A stretch of 8,474 bases of DNA, taken from assembly GCF_029504745.1 (NCBI RefSeq), contig NZ_JAQFIQ010000067.1:1-8474 (forward strand), in the 5' to 3' direction. Source of the stretch: Breznakia sp. PF5-3 (GTDB lineage Bacteria > Bacillota_I > Bacilli_A > Erysipelotrichales > Erysipelotrichaceae). Positions within the stretch are counted from its first letter, which is position 1; every line of letters begins with the position of its first letter. Positions 4,647 through 8,474 of this stretch are shown in pieces. Under the pieces are notes generated by a model. It was not told the origin of the DNA. It did no database searches and saw nothing but the letters and a program-made list of their open reading frames with translations. Made by a program: the position numbers and the translations under genes.

Positions 4647-7600
4647 TTCCCTCATGTTCATAGATACCTTCTCTCATAATTCTAATTTCTTCTTCTCTTC
4701 TTTTTACTAGACCTCCTAGCTCAGTCCCACCATCTCCATATTTAATATTTCTAAAACTCTGATCAACTTCACCATATCTTCCATCTTTTTCAAAGACTAA
4801 TATCTCATAAATATAGGCTCCCCCTCCATTCATAGCAAGACTAGTATAAGCATCAAATACATTCTGCTTTAACTGAAACTTTAACTCTTGCATATTTGCA
4901 TTAACTATTCCTTCAAATGTCAATAAATCCTCGCGTAAAATTGCATCCATTTGTTTTTCAGTCAACGGGTTTTTATATATATTCATAAAAGCATCTTGTT
5001 CTTCTTGGGTAGTAAAATGGTGTCCGTATCCTATTGTTCCGAATTGTTCTCCTCTTACATAATAAAGTTCAGGTTCTCTTCCTTCCACTGCTTTAATATA
5101 CTTAATCATTTTATTTGATACTTTCATATTTTTTATAACAACAGAATTATTATCTTTTACTTTATTATTATCATTATTTTTTTGATCATTCTTCTTTTTC
5201 TCAAGACATTCTAATATAAATTTAGCAATATCAGTTATAAATCCACCCCAGTCTTTTCCCTTTCCAGGATTTGGATTCGGATTCGGCTTTGGTTTTGGTG
5301 TTTTTGATTGATTGTTTTTAGGAGTGGTTACTGCTTTTTTAGCTTGCTCTATTAGCCATGCTGCTAATGCCATTGTCTTCTGTGCCACATTCTTTTTCTG
5401 ATTTTTTAGTTTTTTCTCGAATGCCGCCCTTGATAAATGAGCCCATTTACTAGCAAAGTTTTCTGCCCATGAATTCCCATCCCTATCCACATACTTATAA
5501 GGGTTAGATAAGGTGTAGTTATACCGATTCTGTGTTCCTACATCTTCTTTCTCTCCTGCATAGTTGTTATCTATCTGTATGAAGTTTCCTATACTTGGAT
5601 CATAATATCGAGCTCTTAAATATATTAACCCTGTTTCTTCTTTATGCTCTCCATTGTAATAGTGTCCTTCTCCATGTTTACTATACCCATAATCACTATA
5701 ACTTGCAAGTTTTACTTTATCCCCTTTTACCTCTGCTACCACACTGTTATTTAGTCCTGCTACTTGGGTAACACCATCCTCTTCTACAATCGATATTCCA
5801 TATACATTACTCTTTCCATCTTTCTCTAAGATTTGAGTATATTCTTGATTGCGATCTAAGGTATAAATGGTTACTTCTGGTTCTTTCTTGTATGTAGATG
5901 GATAAGACGCACTTAGTACTTCCTCACATACATCTCCATTCGCTTTTTTCTTTCTTACTTGATCTCTTAAGATATCAAAGCTATCTTCTACTTCTTTTTC
6001 ACTCACTTCATCAAATTCCAACGATACTGTATAGTCATACCATAATGTCATTGGATACTCTCTGATATCGCTCTTTACTTGTTTTACTCGCTCTCCTTGT
6101 GCATCATATGTGTAATCATACACATATGCTCCCTTTTGTAGCTGTGTCAGTTGGTCATTCTCATCATACGTATACACTTCATTACTTCCATCTTCTTTTA
6201 CCTTATTCTTTAGATTTCCGTTTTCATTGTAATAGAAAGAAATCGTTCCTTTGTCACTTTCGATTGTTTCCAATTGATTACGATCATTGTATTTATATGT
6301 CTTCTTACCTTCACTACTTGATGTAACTGTCTTATTACCATGTAAATCGTAACTGTATTTGGTTGTTACTTTCTTTCCATCGACATATTTATTACTTTCT
6401 AATAATTCATCTGCTTGATTGTATTTATACGTATTTGTCTTTCCATTGATTACTTCTTTTACGAGGTTGTTATTGGCATCATAACTCTTACTTGTTGTAT
6501 GAATTGCTTTTCCACTCTTCGTTGTATCTTTTTTGATTAGGTTTCCATTGTTGTCATACCCATAAATAGATACTACACTTCCTTGGGTTACTTTTGATAC
6601 TTCTCCTCGAGCATTGTATTCATACGCTGCTACTGTCGCATCATTCTTTTTCACACTCTTTAATAGATTATATGAGTTATATGCATACTTTACTAAATCC
6701 CCATTGGCATAGGTAATGGTACTTAGCTTTTTATCTTTGTTATAAGTATACTGTACTTCTTTTTGGTTGGTATCTTTCACGGATACGATTTGATCAAAAG
6801 CGTTGTATTTATACGTAATTGTTCCTGCCTTGTTCTTAGCACTTATTACATTATCTCTTGCATCGTATTTATACGTATCATTATTTCTTTGTACCATGTT
6901 GTTGTTGGCATCATACTTATATGTAATCTTACTTCCATCTGGTTTCGTATAACTTGTTTTATTTCCATATACATCATATGTATAGAAATGTTTATACTTA
7001 TATTCATTGTACTCTGATGTTAGGTTGTTTTGACGATCGTAGTTATAGATCGCATATTTCCCATTTAAATCTTTGGTGATTACATTATTGTTTCCATCGT
7101 ACACATACGATACCACTCTTCCATGAGGGTTTTGTGCTTTCAATAAGTTATTGTTTGCATCATATTCATAACGATATGTAACCCCTCTAGCATTGGTTGT
7201 GGTAATCTCATTATTATTTCCATCATAGGTTTTTGTTTCCTTGTTTCCATTACCATCTTCAATAACTAATGCATTTCCACTTTCATCATAGGTAACCTTT
7301 TGGACACTCTTCATACTACTTCCATCCGTAGATGGTAGTTTTAATTCTACTGGTCTATTTAGTTTATCATATACGATTTCTTTGCTTAGATTATGTTCTG
7401 TTACTTTAACTTCATTGCCATTGGCATCATATACTTTGTTTAGTGTTTCTTTACCATTGGTTTTTACGCTTACCAAACGTGATAGTTCATCATATGTATA
7501 TTCTTCTACATAACTACCATTTTCACTCTTCTTAAGCAATTCGCCATACACGTTATAAGTAGATACACTCTTGTATCCTTTTTCATTACTGCTTTTTTGA

Positions 7601-8474
7601 TTACCAAAAATATCATAAGTATACGTAGATTTCGCAAATCTTGCATCATACGATGTAACCAATTGATTGTATTTGTTGTATTCATTCTTTTGCGTGATAC
7701 GAGTATTTGTCTTTGTTTCTACTAGATTCCCTTTCTTATCATAGGCATTGCTAAGAACTTTATTTCCATTCTTCTCTTTTGTGACATTTCCTAATACATC
7801 ATAGGTTCTAGTTGTTTTATATCCTCTTCCATCACTTTCTTCAATTACTTGTCCATATGCATCATAGGCATACGTTTTTGTATTTCCATTACCATCAATT
7901 TCTTTTACAGCTTGGTTCTTGTCATTGTATTTTAAATAAGAACTATTTCCTAATTTATCTACAACTTCCACCAACCGACATTCATCATCATAAACATAGG
8001 TAATAGCAAATCCTCTTTGATCGATTTCTTTCGCTACTTGTCCATACTCATTGTATAGCGTTTGTTCACTATTTCCATTCGCATCGATTACCTTTGTGAC
8101 ATTCCCATTTGCATCATATTCATTTTGGGTTGTATTTCCTAAAGCATCGATTTCTTCCACAACTTGATTTTTTTTATCGTATACCTTCTTTATCGTATTA
8201 CCAAGAGCATCTTTTTCTTCAATGATATTGCCATTGGCATCATATACCGTCATTGTTTTTTGATTTCGATTAATATCTTGTTCTTCAATTACTTGATAGT
8301 TAGCATCATAGATATAAACAACTTCTTTTTCAGCTACTTTTTCTTTTACTTTATGATGAAGTTCATCATATTCATTAACCGTTTTCAATCCCAATTCATT
8401 GGTTGTAGAAACTACATTTCCATATTTATCATAGGTATTCTTTATCGTTCCTTTGTAGCTTGTTGTTTTTACTA
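4636..8474 (-). CDS. Rhs/YD-repeat polymorphic toxin, 5'-truncated by the window edge, with a C-terminal GH24 lysozyme-like toxin domain
   Basis: The track ORF is 4636..8394, but its 'M' is a TTG codon (8392-8394) and the frame stays open to the window edge. Translating 8395-8474 gives ...VKTTSYKGTIKNTYDKYGNVVSTTNE, which continues the YD repeats. Dozens of YD-type repeats are present (xYxYDxxGNxx, e.g. VYDANGNIIEE, NEYDANGNVTKV, TYAYDAYGQV). The Rhs-associated core ends with ETGLIYLRARYYDPSIGNFIQID...NRYNYTLSNPYKYVDRDGN and is followed by a 278-aa variable tail. Stop TAA is at 4636-4638. Confidence 0.92.
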   Translation of the reverse strand, partial: VKTTSYKGTIKNTYDKYGNVVSTTNELGLKTVNEYDELHHKVKEKVAEKEVVYIYDANYQVIEEQDINRNQKTMTVYDANGNIIEEKDALGNTIKKVYDKKNQVVEEIDALGNTTQNEYDANGNVTKVIDANGNSEQTLYNEYGQVAKEIDQRGFAITYVYDDECRLVEVVDKLGNSSYLKYNDKNQAVKEIDGNGNTKTYAYDAYGQVIEESDGRGYKTTRTYDVLGNVTKEKNGNKVLSNAYDKKGNLVETKTNTRITQKNEYNKYNQLVTSYDARFAKSTYTYDIFGNQKSSNEKGYKSVSTYNVYGELLKKSENGSYVEEYTYDELSRLVSVKTNGKETLNKVYDANGNEVKVTEHNLSKEIVYDKLNRPVELKLPSTDGSSMKSVQKVTYDESGNALVIEDGNGNKETKTYDGNNNEITTTNARGVTYRYEYDANNNLLKAQNPHGRVVSYVYDGNNNVITKDLNGKYAIYNYDRQNNLTSEYNEYKYKHFYTYDVYGNKTSYTKPDGSKITYKYDANNNMVQRNNDTYKYDARDNVISAKNKAGTITYKYNAFDQIVSVKDTNQKEVQYTYNKDKKLSTITYANGDLVKYAYNSYNLLKSVKKNDATVAAYEYNARGEVSKVTQGSVVSIYGYDNNGNLIKKDTTKSGKAIHTTSKSYDANNNLVKEVINGKTNTYKYNQADELLESNKYVDGKKVTTKYSYDLHGNKTVTSSSEGKKTYKYNDRNQLETIESDKGTISFYYNENGNLKNKVKEDGSNEVYTYDENDQLTQLQKGAYVYDYTYDAQGERVKQVKSDIREYPMTLWYDYTVSLEFDEVSEKEVEDSFDILRDQVRKKKANGDVCEEVLSASYPSTYKKEPEVTIYTLDRNQEYTQILEKDGKSNVYGISIVEEDGVTQVAGLNNSVVAEVKGDKVKLASYSDYGYSKHGEGHYYNGEHKEETGLIYLRARYYDPSIGNFIQIDNNYAGEKEDVGTQNRYNYTLSNPYKYVDRDGNSWAENFASKWAHLSRAAFEKKLKNQKKNVAQKTMALAAWLIEQAKKAVTTPKNNQSKTPKPKPNPNPNPGKGKDWGGFITDIAKFILECLEKKKNDQKNNDNNKVKDNNSVVIKNMKVSNKMIKYIKAVEGREPELYYVRGEQFGTIGYGHHFTTQEEQDAFMNIYKNPLTEKQMDAILREDLLTFEGIVNANMQELKFQLKQNVFDAYTSLAMNGGGAYIYEILVFEKDGRYGEVDQSFRNIKYGDGGTELGGLVKRREEEIRIMREGIYEHEGKRF
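4660..5121 (-). other. GH24 (T4/phage-type) lysozyme-like toxin domain of the Rhs protein
   Basis: Residues ~1092-1245 read SNKMIKYIKAVEGREPELYYVRGEQFGTIGYGHHFTT...PLTEKQMDAILREDLLTFEGIVN...LKQNVFDAYTSLAMNGGG...GGLVKRREEEIRIM. This matches the GH24 signature blocks EG..x..Y.D..G..TIGYGH, iTexqAxxlLxxDl, QxxALxSfxFNxG and GLxxRRxxE. The candidate catalytic Glu is E1104 (codon 5083-5085) and the Thr26 equivalent is T1120 (5035-5037). This is motif recognition only; no HMM was run. Confidence 0.8.
5122..5472 (-). other. Post-core linker: predicted helical segment followed by Pro/Lys/Asn/Asp low-complexity spacers
   Basis: Residues 975-1091 read SWAENFASKWAHLSRAAFEKKLKNQKKNVAQKTMALAAWLIEQAKKAVTTPKNNQSKTPKPKPNPNPNPGKGKDWGG...KKKNDQKNNDNNKVKDNNS. 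The PKPKPNPNPNP stretch (within 5254-5325) is encoded by imperfect hexanucleotide repeats (ggatttggattcggattcggctttggttttgg on the plus strand). I recognise no domain here. Confidence 0.5.
5473..5661 (-). other. C-terminal end of the Rhs-associated core domain, including the boundary (autoproteolysis-type) motif
   Basis: Residues ~912-974 of the track ORF read YNGEHKEETGLIYLRARYYDPSIGNFIQIDNNYAGEKEDVGTQNRYNYTLSNPYKYVDRDGN. This matches the canonical ...TGLyYxxxRYYDPxxGRFxxxDP...NxYxYxxNNPxxxxDPxGL pattern. The final motif is DRDGN (5473-5487) rather than DPxGL. Confidence 0.8.

Noticed and set aside
5254-5325. Hexanucleotide-like repeat (ggattt/ggattc/ggcttt) as a noncoding microsatellite
   Set aside because: It lies in-frame within the Rhs CDS and encodes the PKPKPNPNPNP linker. 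It is imperfect and short. It is noted only as a possible length-variable linker under the toxin-domain finding.
6099-8003. Three plus-strand ORFs (6099..6326, 6763..7017, 7812..8003) inside the rhs gene
   Set aside because: All are antisense to a strongly supported YD-repeat CDS. Their H/F/L/I-rich sequences are what the reverse complement of Asp/Asn/Tyr/Lys-rich codons produces, so they are shadow ORFs.
8392-8394. ORF-track start ('M') of the 1252-aa Rhs ORF
   Set aside because: The codon is TTG, and the same frame stays open through 8474, encoding further YD repeats (…TYDKYGNVVSTTNE). The gene is therefore truncated by the window, and this is an internal Leu rather than the start.
1-8474. 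Mobile element (IS, transposon or prophage) explanation for the repeats and the lysozyme domain
   Set aside because: There is no transposase, integrase or recombinase ORF, no terminal inverted repeats, and no phage structural or holin genes. The lysozyme-like domain is fused in-frame to the Rhs core rather than being a stand-alone endolysin.

Overview
Strongly AT-rich window with low-GC Firmicutes- or Fusobacteria-like codon usage; the taxon cannot be fixed from sequence alone. All credible genes lie on the minus strand and form the 3' end of an Rhs/YD-repeat polymorphic-toxin locus. (1) 4636-8474 is a 5'-truncated Rhs protein. Its post-core C-terminal tip is a GH24 (T4/phage-type) lysozyme-like domain, which points to a cell-wall target rather than a cytoplasmic one. 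(2) 2184-4628 holds three tandem, gap-free colinear 230-aa lipoprotein paralogs (A, B, C), the first starting 7 nt after the rhs stop. I propose they are extracytoplasmic immunity or lysozyme-inhibitor proteins; I cannot assign them to any named family. B and C are each preceded by a decayed ghost of a toxin-gene 3' end. A and B share a 219-nt perfect repeat that abuts a fully replaced 9-codon patch. (3) 355-2076 looks like an orphan-immunity island. It contains a small CPWCG protein broken by a frameshift in an A7 run, a 118-aa lipoprotein, and a DUF4304-like cytoplasmic protein, with stop-riddled or start-less toxin-tail remnants between them. (4) 231-324 is a stop-containing fragment about 88% identical to the rhs YD-repeat region, in direct orientation, so rhs sequence brackets the island. 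I found no rRNA, tRNA, CRISPR array, transposase or integrase. All domain assignments rest on motif recognition by eye and need HMM or structure confirmation.
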